Under the pieces are notes generated by a model that saw only the letters and a list, made by a program, of their open reading frames with translations, searched no databases and was not told where the DNA came from. Below, piece by piece: positions 29,995 to 40,120 of a stretch of DNA of 64,000 nucleotides. The stretch is from Bacillota bacterium (lineage in GTDB: Bacteria > Bacillota > JAAYKD01): assembly GCA_963666425.2 (NCBI GenBank), contig OY762825.2, forward strand, positions 1,408,001 through 1,472,000, in the 5' to 3' direction. The position numbers and the translations under genes were made by a program. The first letter of the stretch is position 1. Each line of letters opens with the position of its first letter.

Positions 29995-31884
29995 TTAATC
30001 CTCCCAGAAACCTGACAGCTTCTCTTGCTTCTGCTTGTCGAAATATCCGCAGAGGTAGCCTCGGTCTAAATCTTTATTGAAGTGTTGGCATGATACTTCG
30101 TTTAGGAACAAGCAACCTGCACAAGCTTTTTCTTTATCGATGCAGATTGGGTCAAAGATGCATTTCTTTGAGCGGTCTTTCGCGTATTTCAACCAACGGT
30201 CAAAATGCGATTGAAATGCGCTGTACAATGCTCCCATATTGAAACCTTGCGAGTTCGAGCAATAAACGAACACTGCAGGAATGTTTGGCAAAATGTATTC
30301 CGAAAGTGAACTCTTGTCCAATCCGCATATTTCCGATGCTTCGTTTATCAATGCGTGAGATATACTGTGTATCAGGGTATAAACCCTCTTCGTAATTACT
30401 CCATATGTGTCGGTTTCATCGATTGACGTAAAAAGAGTTATACGGTCTAGACGAATACGGTCTAGAAACCACATTTTAATACCGTAATCACTCATATCCT
30501 GCGGAAAGTCTTCATTTTGAATCAACTTATTGTCCAGCAGCCAGTCTAGAACCTTTCGGCGGTCGAGTTCGAACAATACACCTTCGGTTTCTAGACGTGT
30601 AGCGTAGATGTTTTTCTTCTCCATCTCTTGTGGGAAGCCATGTAGCTTAACACCTTCTTTACATTCTCTTTCTTTGCGGGTGTAACCATATGCCGCAAAG
30701 ACGATGGGGACGCCAGAGCACATCTGAACATTGGAGAATCCCAGTGTCTTGGAAAGGACGACATAGTCTGGCTTGATGCCGTCATTGACGATTTCAGCGT
30801 CACATTCGGCATCCTCAAGTGACAGGACAACTTTCGCACGAACAAGCTCGTCGTACTCAAGAATCTCTTCGGCAATCGGCTTGATATCATCAGCACTTAC
30901 GACTGAGAGACCTTGTCCGACACGTTCGATGGCTTCGAAAACTTTCCCGCTTGGGTTTACCCGACGCTTAGCATCTAACACCATAGTAATAGTGGCTTCA
31001 TCCAGGCCGCCAATGCGGAGATTGTCTGCTTCTTTTTGCAAAGCTGTTTCAAACTCATCTTCTTGGGTGACATTCCCCTTTGCAATGATTCCTGCGTATT
31101 CATCTTGCGGTATCAACCCCAAGTATTGGGCGATAACAACTTTTTCGCCGCGCCTATCTTCCTCATTATCTAAGAACACATCTTTCCGCTTATCAAGAAG
31201 GTCAATGAGCGAAAGAGTAAAAGGAAAATAGTGTGATGAATCCAGTGCCGGTTTGATATCGAGCTTTGATTTGCACACAGGGCAATAGAATGGAATGTCT
31301 GCTTTCTGTCCACATTTCGTACATACGAAATCAATTCCGCTGCCGCGACGGGTCATATATTTTGTGCCGTGTTCTTTATTATGGCATTTTGGGACGAAGA
31401 TTCCATCTGCGTATCCACACTTGCAAAAGCGAATCATCCTTAGTTGGGTCATGTGCTTTCCGCACACATCGCATGGCTCGTGTTCGCGGCGTTTGAATTC
31501 TTCGTAGCTATAATATTGCCTTACACGTCCACAGGAGCTGCATACAAACACCCAAGGATTAACCGATGTAACAATGGCTCTTTCTTGCTCGCTAACCTTT
31601 GGAGTCAGCACATAGTAGTTTTCCTCGTTTATAACCGTTGAGAAGTTGACAATGGACGCTGCTCCATCAGGACTTCCGCTTTTGAATTCGCTAACACGCT
31701 GATTCACCACACGCAACAGGCGCTTGTTGTTGATGTCTGTCAAATGAACGCTGTTCCAACGGTCAACATGAACAGCATAGGTGAGACCACCGCCGCTTTG
31801 AGTAAAGTCCACCCAACTTCCGGGCAAATACTTATACAGGGCTTGGCGAACCCCACGACTCATTGTATTCTTGTCAGCTGGCAT
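29995..31884 (-). CDS. DUF1998 (MrfA-like Zn-binding) protein, DISARM DrmB-like
   Basis: Several CxxC pairs; YGYTR, TEGVLF, LIHSISHALI, SLSEYI and C-terminal CIFDPIC...ACAGC...EVSC..FN..LDR. Confidence 0.85.
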   Translation of the reverse strand: MPADKNTMSRGVRQALYKYLPGSWVDFTQSGGGLTYAVHVDRWNSVHLTDINNKRLLRVVNQRVSEFKSGSPDGAASIVNFSTVINEENYYVLTPKVSEQERAIVTSVNPWVFVCSSCGRVRQYYSYEEFKRREHEPCDVCGKHMTQLRMIRFCKCGYADGIFVPKCHNKEHGTKYMTRRGSGIDFVCTKCGQKADIPFYCPVCKSKLDIKPALDSSHYFPFTLSLIDLLDKRKDVFLDNEEDRRGEKVVIAQYLGLIPQDEYAGIIAKGNVTQEDEFETALQKEADNLRIGGLDEATITMVLDAKRRVNPSGKVFEAIERVGQGLSVVSADDIKPIAEEILEYDELVRAKVVLSLEDAECDAEIVNDGIKPDYVVLSKTLGFSNVQMCSGVPIVFAAYGYTRKERECKEGVKLHGFPQEMEKKNIYATRLETEGVLFELDRRKVLDWLLDNKLIQNEDFPQDMSDYGIKMWFLDRIRLDRITLFTSIDETDTYGVITKRVYTLIHSISHALINEASEICGLDKSSLSEYILPNIPAVFVYCSNSQGFNMGALYSAFQSHFDRWLKYAKDRSKKCIFDPICIDKEKACAGCLFLNEVSCQHFNKDLDRGYLCGYFDKQKQEKLSGFWED

Positions 31885-31896
31885 TTCTCGTCCCTC

Positions 31897-34800
31897 CTAT
31901 TTCATCTCAACGATGAGTTGTTTGTCAGTGTCTCGAAGGCTCAACATAACTCGGAAATAGCAATGTTTGAAAACTTCTGTGATATACAAATTACCGTCAA
32001 GCGAACTATTTTTCAAAGCATCAACCAACTGGTCAATCAATCTGTCAATTGTCTGACGATAGAGCTTTCCAACCGCACTATCACCATCGGAACACTTGTA
32101 AACGCCGTAAGCATGTTTCTTCAATTCTGCCGCTGTAATCTTATCTGCTAGAAAAGCCAACTTGAGGTTCGAATACTTGCTGATATCGCTCATACCTGCC
32201 TCATATTTCAGCAAGTACAGGTAGTAGTTGAGAATCAAACTTGAGATAACGCCTGGCAAAGTGCTCTCAACTGATTTTGTTGCCCATCGGTTAATAGAAA
32301 CCGAGTCTACAAGGATATCTTTATACTCGTGAAACTTAATAAAGTTTTTTAGATAGCTTTGGTCTTTTTCACGTGATGGACGCATAATGTCGATAACCAA
32401 ACCAGTGTACTTTCTGCCGACACGCGAGTAAGCTTGAATATATTCAGCTGTATTTCCGGGTATTCCATAGAAAAGCATCAGGTTGAACCTATCAGCATCC
32501 ACGCCATGAGAAATCATACTGGTAGCAGCAATCATATTGAAATCAATACCATCTATCATGCTCTCGGCGTGTTCGATGGTTGAAAGCGTAGCCCTTACCT
32601 CCTGGAATGTATCATCACCAGTCATCTTCTTAGCGATGAGCGGTTGAACACCTTCATCAATTAGTTCTGTATTGATAGGGTCTTCCAACGCTTGAAGTAC
32701 TCGGTTGCTTTCAAGTTTGACATTGTTGTATTCAAGAATAATCCAATATTCTTCCAATAACCGCTTAACCTCTGCTGTCTGCTCCTCTTTTGAGCCTATG
32801 ATTTCAATTCCCGTAAAAGAGAGAACCAATTGAGGGTTAGAATAAAGATTCCAGACTACCCGTTTCAGATATTGTAACGAGTAAGCAACGCTATTCACGA
32901 TTGCTTTGCCGAATGGTGCATATCCAATAATGATTCTGCCAATGTCCTTCATGTCAATGAACGAATAGAAGTTGTGATCAAGGTAGGGAGAGGCAGCAGG
33001 AAAGCGAATTGAACCTTTATAATACAAATGCTTAGCTTGTTCAGCGTAAGCAGAAATTGTAGCAGTTGCCCCGATTACCTTTATTCCTCTGTTACAGCCC
33101 GACAAAACCTTGATAAAATACTCAATTAGGGTTTCGTAATGGGAGTCATATGCTCCCAATGACTCTCTGATAAGATGCAACTCGTCCTGAATCATCAGCG
33201 TTGGTGCGGGGTCCTTCATCGACACTTTTTTGTAATCAGCAGGGTCACATTGACAACCGTATACCAGACATTTTGTCTTTGAAGTAAACCCATGCTTTGG
33301 ACATTCGAAATCTGCTCCGAACAGGAAGTTGTGAAAGTTCGAATTAAATCCGAGCGCCGTCATCTTATCCACGGTGGAAATAATTACGGAGGGCAAGTAT
33401 CTGTATATATCGTTATCCACCATATAGAGCGGAATAACACCCCGTGAAGCACACTCTGAATTACTGCAAATGTGCCTTAAACAATTGGCCTCGACATCAT
33501 AAACCACATGAACGGTTTCCTGCCCACAGAACGGACAAACATCTATCAAACGATATTTCGCGTCCATCTCGTCTGGAGAAAGCTCAAGCAATGTACTTTG
33601 AAGGTCTTTATCGATATTATTCGGCGTATTGCCGTCACCAACATAATATCCAAGGCTGAACGGACTACCCCCCAGTTCTTTTGCTTGGCGTATTACCTCG
33701 GCAGTAGCAAGTATGTTAGCGACACGCTGAACCTGTTGTACAGATAGCAAGCGGAGCGGATACTTCAACATCGCAGTAACGCCATAATTCTTACCACGTA
33801 AGCGGTCAAAGAACAAATTAAAAACGAGAATACCCAAAAACGCCTCTGTTTTACCACCGCCAGTTGGGAAATATAGGATATCAACATCATCAGTTTTGGC
33901 TTTGCTTTTGATATCATCATCGAGCATTAGGTCTTGCTCGTGTGCCACGACATCAAGAATCAACGAAACGATAAAGACAATCTGAAATAAACGCCAACTG
34001 TCATAACCTTTACTCTTAGCGGAATCCCTGAAGGATTGATTCATATAACAAAAAGCGTCACTGAGCATATTGTGTTTACTGAGCAGTTCAATGCCTGTGG
34101 CAAACCGCGTCATTTCCAAATTAAAAGCCGCAATCTCATTGCCGAACTGTCGCACACCATTCGGGGTAAGAAAACTGCGCCTTTGTTCAAAATCAGCCAC
34201 CCAACGCCTAATTTCATTTTGCATCTGTACGTGAATGCCTTTTAGAGTTTTAATCGGTTCAGTAATCAGGTCGTCAAATTTGATTGCCATTTTATCGTTC
34301 GTCTTTAAGCGATACTGAACATAGTACGGCACATGGGTTGTCTGTATCTCGACATTGTGCATGTCATATGACACATTGCAGTTATTGCCAAGGGCATAAA
34401 CGAATCTATCGTATTTATAATCGTCGGCGAAATAGTCCAGTTCAATTGGGACAAATTCTGTGTCAATGCATCTAATCTTTATGCCAGAATTGAACAGAGT
34501 GGCTATTCTGTATTTGTCTGTCTTTGCTGAAGACTGCCCAAAACCCGCACTTTCGTCGCTCCAAGGTGTCTCGTTGCTTAGTGCGACGGTCACATTAAGG
34601 TGATCACCGCTTCCTTTCAAATCCACACTCAGAGAGTAATCAAAACGAAGGAACATGTCAAATTCCTCGCGAGTCTGTTGCTTCTTGATATAAGCCTGCC
34701 AATTTTCCTCGGTAATCAAGTCATCAATCTTAAGTTTATCCCTAAACTGACACTGCATAATGTTTGGGCGGGCTTTTGCCTCTGCGCAAAGAGCCTCGAC

Positions 34801-35352
34801 TTGCCGCTTAATCTCTTTATAAAACGGAGAATCTCCTGGTACACTTCCGCACTCAAACGTGGGATTGTAGATGTCTGCAATTTTCACTTCAACGAAAAAT
34901 TTTCCTCTGTCGATGGCAATCTTCTCATAAATTGGTAGAAGCTGAACCTTGTGGGCTTGCATCTCCGAAGTTAATTTGCCTGTGCTGAACGCTTCAGTAA
35001 GTGCAAAAAAGTCGGCAAACTGGGGTTCGGTGAATGTTGCTATAAAATTCTTCAGAAAAAATTCCCGCTGCTGATCAAGAACCGGCAAAACCCTAAAGAA
35101 AAAATTACCCTGCGGATAGATCTGCAATACAGCAGTGCCAATATCCTTTTGGGGGATTCGGAAGTCTACACTTATTTGTTTAATCAGCACGCTCGACGAA
35201 AAACCATCCTCTGCACTTTGCGGAGATAGCTTACCAACATAGATGCGGTCTTCGGGACTGTTGAACAACCACTGTTCCTTGTCTGTGCCAGAAATCGCAT
35301 CTACAAACCTATCCATGATGTTCTCTGCCAAAATTTCTCTATTGTTATGCAT
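31897..35352 (-). CDS. Large SF2 DEAD/DEAH-box helicase, DISARM DrmA-like
   Basis: WRLFQIVF, YFPTGGGKTEA, YPLRLLSVQQ, STVDK, IQDELHL, ATATI, ATSMISHGVD, YIQAYSRVGR. Confidence 0.88.
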   Translation of the reverse strand: MHNNREILAENIMDRFVDAISGTDKEQWLFNSPEDRIYVGKLSPQSAEDGFSSSVLIKQISVDFRIPQKDIGTAVLQIYPQGNFFFRVLPVLDQQREFFLKNFIATFTEPQFADFFALTEAFSTGKLTSEMQAHKVQLLPIYEKIAIDRGKFFVEVKIADIYNPTFECGSVPGDSPFYKEIKRQVEALCAEAKARPNIMQCQFRDKLKIDDLITEENWQAYIKKQQTREEFDMFLRFDYSLSVDLKGSGDHLNVTVALSNETPWSDESAGFGQSSAKTDKYRIATLFNSGIKIRCIDTEFVPIELDYFADDYKYDRFVYALGNNCNVSYDMHNVEIQTTHVPYYVQYRLKTNDKMAIKFDDLITEPIKTLKGIHVQMQNEIRRWVADFEQRRSFLTPNGVRQFGNEIAAFNLEMTRFATGIELLSKHNMLSDAFCYMNQSFRDSAKSKGYDSWRLFQIVFIVSLILDVVAHEQDLMLDDDIKSKAKTDDVDILYFPTGGGKTEAFLGILVFNLFFDRLRGKNYGVTAMLKYPLRLLSVQQVQRVANILATAEVIRQAKELGGSPFSLGYYVGDGNTPNNIDKDLQSTLLELSPDEMDAKYRLIDVCPFCGQETVHVVYDVEANCLRHICSNSECASRGVIPLYMVDNDIYRYLPSVIISTVDKMTALGFNSNFHNFLFGADFECPKHGFTSKTKCLVYGCQCDPADYKKVSMKDPAPTLMIQDELHLIRESLGAYDSHYETLIEYFIKVLSGCNRGIKVIGATATISAYAEQAKHLYYKGSIRFPAASPYLDHNFYSFIDMKDIGRIIIGYAPFGKAIVNSVAYSLQYLKRVVWNLYSNPQLVLSFTGIEIIGSKEEQTAEVKRLLEEYWIILEYNNVKLESNRVLQALEDPINTELIDEGVQPLIAKKMTGDDTFQEVRATLSTIEHAESMIDGIDFNMIAATSMISHGVDADRFNLMLFYGIPGNTAEYIQAYSRVGRKYTGLVIDIMRPSREKDQSYLKNFIKFHEYKDILVDSVSINRWATKSVESTLPGVISSLILNYYLYLLKYEAGMSDISKYSNLKLAFLADKITAAELKKHAYGVYKCSDGDSAVGKLYRQTIDRLIDQLVDALKNSSLDGNLYITEVFKHCYFRVMLSLRDTDKQLIVEMK

Positions 35353-36424
35353 GACTAGACCACCCCTTTTCGCTGAGCCGCTTGTGGACGAATTCAGATT
35401 TCAATCCAAGGTTCGAGATAAGCTGTTCGTAAATCCAGCAGTAGACCTCTTTACTTATAATGTCACCATACATTTGAAGAATGCTCAGGGCTCTCAACAG
35501 TTCAGAATAGCTACTGATGGTACAGACTATTTCATTGGCGTTATCATGAATCAAGTCAGCGAAATGTTGGTCAAACATAATAAACATTTCATCAATTCTG
35601 AGCCAGTTTCGAAAGTGGTCTGAGCCAGCTACTTCAGATAGCCAAATTAGCTGAACAGCATTTTTGCAACTTTCAATGGAGAGGTAATTCGATTCGATTT
35701 CTGACAGAATGATTTTCCATCGTTTGAACTTTTCTCGTTCTTCATCATCATGCGCCTTTGCTATGACAAAATCTAAATACCCACAATAATCATTTTCCAG
35801 CTCAAAGTTTTTTTCACCCATCTGAATAGAATTTTCTTCAGGAGTTGAATTTATATGGCTATCAGCAGGTGTAGTGAGCTTTCTGGATATTTGATTTGCG
35901 CTATCATCTTTTGTGAATACGGCATCTTCTCCATCATCCAAATCCAACGGCTCGCCCGTAAAAAGCGTAGGGGTACTTACAATTCCCGACCCATATATTG
36001 TTTCTCCACAGATAATTGCTTTTTTGCTTTCAGCAGTGCTATCAATATCAAGAGTCTGAGCAATAAGAATGCTTCCTTCAGCAATAATGGTTTTTGCCTT
36101 GAGCGCTTGTGCTGTTATTCTACTGTTGGTTTCAATGCTTATCGCTGTAATTTCCTCCGACCATATTTCATCATAAACAATAATAGTGTCAGCTTTACAC
36201 TTACCCATACAGAGAAATCTACCCTTGACATCAATTTCGTTCGCTTCCAAGTCGCCAACGACTATTAAATCAAAAAGAGCCGTTATCTTTCCTTTACACT
36301 TGATGTTGGATGCAACAATGTAACTGGCTTTGAATGTCACATCGTCACAATCTATGCAATATGGTAGAATAAATCTCCCGTCTGACGCAACTATACCTAT
36401 GGTCTTGTCATTGTATGTTGTCAT
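35345..36424 (-). CDS. Hypothetical protein with bactofilin/polymer-forming-like beta-helix N-terminus and helical C-terminus
   Basis: Short repeats of hydrophobic-x-hydrophobic-x-Gly (NIKCKGKI, LIVVGDL, IDVKGRF, IIAEGSI); overlaps both neighbouring genes. Confidence 0.6.
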   Translation of the reverse strand: MTTYNDKTIGIVASDGRFILPYCIDCDDVTFKASYIVASNIKCKGKITALFDLIVVGDLEANEIDVKGRFLCMGKCKADTIIVYDEIWSEEITAISIETNSRITAQALKAKTIIAEGSILIAQTLDIDSTAESKKAIICGETIYGSGIVSTPTLFTGEPLDLDDGEDAVFTKDDSANQISRKLTTPADSHINSTPEENSIQMGEKNFELENDYCGYLDFVIAKAHDDEEREKFKRWKIILSEIESNYLSIESCKNAVQLIWLSEVAGSDHFRNWLRIDEMFIMFDQHFADLIHDNANEIVCTISSYSELLRALSILQMYGDIISKEVYCWIYEQLISNLGLKSEFVHKRLSEKGWSSHA

Positions 36425-38405
36425 TGGTTTTTACCCCCTGCATTGATTGTCTAATCAAATCCATATATATTGATTCACCCTTCGGAGCAGAGAGTATAAT
36501 GGTTAATTCATCTTTTGCTCTCGTACAGCCAGTATAAATAAGGTTAATGTTCATTTTGAATGCTTCAAGCTTATCAGGCAATTGTTCCTGAGTGGCCGAT
36601 TTAAACTCTGTCAGTGTTCTTGTTTTTTCGTGTGTTCCCAAAGGCCTTAATCCAGCCAACACAACTGCCTTGAAGTCGAGCCCAAGAGCACCTTCGATTG
36701 AAACAACCGTAACGCCTCGCCGAGACCCGTAGGTTACGCCTTCAGATTGACCTTGATATAAAAACGCCGGTGTTTCCCACCCATGATTGTTGAAGTATTG
36801 AATAATATACGGTCTAAGTTTGTAATAATGTGTTTGCCAACCCCTTGTCGTGTATTTAGCATTTTCATTAAAAAGAATAATGGCTATATCAACTTCGCTT
36901 AGGCCTTTATCATTGATCAGGCACTCGATAGCATCCCCAATGGCGTTTGCTTCCCCAATGTTGCTTAACTCGCTCAATTCAACCAATATAGGTGCATTGC
37001 CGGGTCTAAAAGCAGTTCCGCGCAAGAATAATTCAGGGTCAGAGGTTAGGTCGATACCTAAATTTGAGCCCAATTCCTTCGCCACCGAAACATATCTATC
37101 TATGGCATCATTAATTGGCTTAGAGTTGCGATAATTCGTCTCAATTGGAAGAGTTTTACCTCTGTATTCAGGGTATGTGTCACCCCCACCTTGCCAAGGT
37201 GCTTTGCTACGTTTAATGTTGTTTTTTACATCTTGCGATTTGTCACCGGCGATGACAAAAAAATGATCATCTGCTCTTTTGCTTTTAAGCAGGTTAAAGC
37301 AGAAGCGATACCATTCTGGTTTGAAAATCTGAATTTCATCAATGAAGATTCCGCAGAATCTCTCTTTGATTCTGCCTTGCGCTAGCGCGTTATTAGCCAC
37401 TTCAAACAATCTATCGTAAGAGTCGTTTTGATCGTGATGGTTAGCCGAGGGAAGCGGTATACCATTGCTCTCCAATAACGATTTACATAAGGAGAAAAAA
37501 GTTGAGCAACGCACATTTTTATTCATGAATCCTGCTTGGGCTATTGCCCAAGTATAGTAGTTGTTAAGATTTCTGTTGTAGCAAGTGATGAGAAAGTTTT
37601 CGCTTGGATTAAGGCTTGCCAGTTTGAAACATTTGGAAATGAGCAACACGCTTTTCCCACTGCCTGCACAAGCAAGAATAAGTTGGTTGCCCTTAGCGAT
37701 CTTGTTTATGATTTCAATTTGTTTGCTATCCAAGCGGTAAGACTGTACGGCTCTGTCCGTTGAACCTAAAGCTCCATCTGTGCCGGGCATGGTGTTGTTC
37801 TCGTCCAGGATATATTTTCGCGGTATCGTGATTTCAGGGCAAAGCCTCTGAAACACGTTGTTAATTTGGTCTTCCTGAAGTTCATCAGCCTCGCCTAAAT
37901 AGTTCTTGACCGCATCTGCACCTTCTTTGCGAATCTGTGCTATGGTCTCTTTGAAAAGTACGTGATTGGAGCAAAACTGACGTTCACTTTCATCAAGGCC
38001 AGATGTCACTTGACTTTCGTCAGCTTTCGGAAATACAAAGCAAATATTAAGCTCAAACCGTAGTTTACCCGACGGATCAGTGAGGTAACGACTTTCTTCA
38101 AGTCTTTTTGCGATATCACTTCTAAGCATTCCGTACACGGCAGGGTTGCCCAGCGCCTTGATGGCCATCTGTGCTGCAGCATCTAGTACTTCAATAAAGC
38201 GAAACAAGAGTATCCCTTTGTCGACGAGTAAAAGATTGAATAGTTCAGGTTTTCCACCACCTGCATCCTTTTTGCGCGGGTTTATGTGCAGTACATAATA
38301 CGCCAACTTCTCACTGGAAAAAGCCCGCTCAACTGTCCGCAGGAATGATTTTTCGTCAACTGGAAGTTCCAGCTGCTCGCTTTTTTCGGGATAGACTTGC
38401 ATCAT
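36408..38405 (-). CDS. SF1 (UvrD-like) helicase with degenerate NERD-like N-terminus
   Basis: ACAGSGKS, FIDEIQ, GDKSQ, TNYRNS, LGLDF, YTGCTRA. N-terminal PELFNLLLVDKGILLFRF aligns by eye to the NERD core but lacks D..ExK. Confidence 0.8.
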   Translation of the reverse strand: MMQVYPEKSEQLELPVDEKSFLRTVERAFSSEKLAYYVLHINPRKKDAGGGKPELFNLLLVDKGILLFRFIEVLDAAAQMAIKALGNPAVYGMLRSDIAKRLEESRYLTDPSGKLRFELNICFVFPKADESQVTSGLDESERQFCSNHVLFKETIAQIRKEGADAVKNYLGEADELQEDQINNVFQRLCPEITIPRKYILDENNTMPGTDGALGSTDRAVQSYRLDSKQIEIINKIAKGNQLILACAGSGKSVLLISKCFKLASLNPSENFLITCYNRNLNNYYTWAIAQAGFMNKNVRCSTFFSLCKSLLESNGIPLPSANHHDQNDSYDRLFEVANNALAQGRIKERFCGIFIDEIQIFKPEWYRFCFNLLKSKRADDHFFVIAGDKSQDVKNNIKRSKAPWQGGGDTYPEYRGKTLPIETNYRNSKPINDAIDRYVSVAKELGSNLGIDLTSDPELFLRGTAFRPGNAPILVELSELSNIGEANAIGDAIECLINDKGLSEVDIAIILFNENAKYTTRGWQTHYYKLRPYIIQYFNNHGWETPAFLYQGQSEGVTYGSRRGVTVVSIEGALGLDFKAVVLAGLRPLGTHEKTRTLTEFKSATQEQLPDKLEAFKMNINLIYTGCTRAKDELTIILSAPKGESIYMDLIRQSMQGVKTNDNIQ

Positions 38406-39937
38406 TATTTTTTTCCTCCCGACTTCAGTTCCTCTATGAATTCGCAGTACAGACTATCGACAGTCGCACGCTCAAAGTTGCGTGACAAAACTTCCATCAT
38501 CGCTTGTACAACCTTTTTCTCTGATTTTGAAAAGTTAGAAGGGATGTCCTTCTTCACTCTGAAGTTCGTTGATTCATCAACTTCATACGCAAGTGTGGTG
38601 AGCCGTTCCATTAGACCGTTTTTTTGCTCTACAACTTCAACAGGAGCATTTTTCGGAATAGCATATAGGTCGCGTCTTGTCGCGGCAAGTCCAGCTATAA
38701 CCTGTTCTTTTTCGGTGGCTGAATGAAATCCTGTAGTGAGAACTTCTTCAAACTTAGATACATCGTATTCAACCTTTTTGATCGTCTTTTGCATCGGGTT
38801 GTTTCTAACCTTGGATGCTGCACGGATTTTATCACTTATCTCCGTACCGATTGTTTCCCTTAAACCAATGGTAAACTCTGAGAAAGTTGTGCTTTTCTCA
38901 AAGTCGTCGCGGCGGGCATTCGGAATTAGGTTAGGAGAGACAACATAAACTTCACCAACCGCCCAACCGTTGAAACGGCTCTCTTTGTAGTAAGGAGCGA
39001 GGGTTCGTCCTCCACCGATAAGAATATTACCTTGTCGTAACCTTAACCCAGAAATACGCTCGTCAAACAGTGTTCCTGAAAAATCCGTGTTAGCGTACCA
39101 ACCGTAGGCAATCATATTCTGATTGCAATCATTTATTCTAAAGAAGGAGAGACTGAGGATTTCATCTTTCGTTACACCTGTACGTGAATTTGACTCAAAG
39201 GACACCTTATATGGCTTGTATACTTGAGAAAGAGATTCAAATGACTCACCTATAAAGACGGGGTATTCGGCAATAGTGATTCCGTTTTTCAACAACTCTT
39301 TTTTTATTTCTCGTTCCCAATAGAATCTGTCTCTAAAAGGTATAGGTGCAACCTGTGAAATATAGTCTTTGACCGTTTCTAAATCCAAGAGAGATGAAAT
39401 ATCGTCGACATCTTCCATTTTTACGATGAAGTAATGCGCCGATGACTGTTCCTGCATAATCTTGATTTCAGTGACGACTTCGATGACGCTCTGGAGATTA
39501 TATTCCGTGCTTTGACCCGGGACTAAAAGGGCTTTCAATTTCTCGCAATCAAAAGTAATAAGCGTCTTTTCGTTTTCACCTAATGCAGTAGTACAGAAAC
39601 TGAGCTTTTTACAATACGAAAGACCTCCAAGACGACCTATACCGCGAAAACCGCGATTTGTCGTATGTAGTTTGGTGGAATTACCGATATCAAGCAGCAT
39701 CTTCCTAACCAAGTCTTTCTTAATGCCTGTTCCATTGTCACGAATACTGATTTCCTGCTTTGTTCCATCAACGATTATCTCAATACGGAAGTGCTCTGCC
39801 TGTGTTAAACCTTCTGCAAGCGCAGTATCAAGTGAATCTACCGCGTTCTGAATATACTCTCGATAGCAGGACTCTGGTTCACTGTACATACCAGTAGTCA
39901 GCGATTCGAGAGTGAATTTACCGATTTCAATTTCCAT
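38405..39937 (-). CDS. GHKL (HATPase_c_3) MORC-like ATPase, copy 1
   Basis: IGKFTLESLTTGMY, REYIQNAVDS, DNGTGI, GFRGIGRLGGL, LIPNARRDDFE; GGAGG RBS. Confidence 0.87.
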   Translation of the reverse strand: MEIEIGKFTLESLTTGMYSEPESCYREYIQNAVDSLDTALAEGLTQAEHFRIEIIVDGTKQEISIRDNGTGIKKDLVRKMLLDIGNSTKLHTTNRGFRGIGRLGGLSYCKKLSFCTTALGENEKTLITFDCEKLKALLVPGQSTEYNLQSVIEVVTEIKIMQEQSSAHYFIVKMEDVDDISSLLDLETVKDYISQVAPIPFRDRFYWEREIKKELLKNGITIAEYPVFIGESFESLSQVYKPYKVSFESNSRTGVTKDEILSLSFFRINDCNQNMIAYGWYANTDFSGTLFDERISGLRLRQGNILIGGGRTLAPYYKESRFNGWAVGEVYVVSPNLIPNARRDDFEKSTTFSEFTIGLRETIGTEISDKIRAASKVRNNPMQKTIKKVEYDVSKFEEVLTTGFHSATEKEQVIAGLAATRRDLYAIPKNAPVEVVEQKNGLMERLTTLAYEVDESTNFRVKKDIPSNFSKSEKKVVQAMMEVLSRNFERATVDSLYCEFIEELKSGGKK

Positions 39938-40120
39938 TTTGAATACCTCCCATTAGCATATTAGTATTGGCGTTTTTCTCACGTTTAGCTCCTTCTGATA
40001 CAATTCTCATGATATCTCCGACGTCACACATCAATGTCGTGTAAATTCTTATCAAAATTTCTGTATTGACATTTCTATATTGGTTTAGGAAAACTCGACA
40101 AAATAAGTGCGCGAAGATGA

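Noticed and set aside
29995-35352. Calling the locus canonical DISARM, Dpd or Druantia
   Set aside because: No DrmM methyltransferase, DrmC/DpdK PLD, DrmD SNF2, DpdA/Que genes, or fused DruE-type helicase-DUF1998 is visible.
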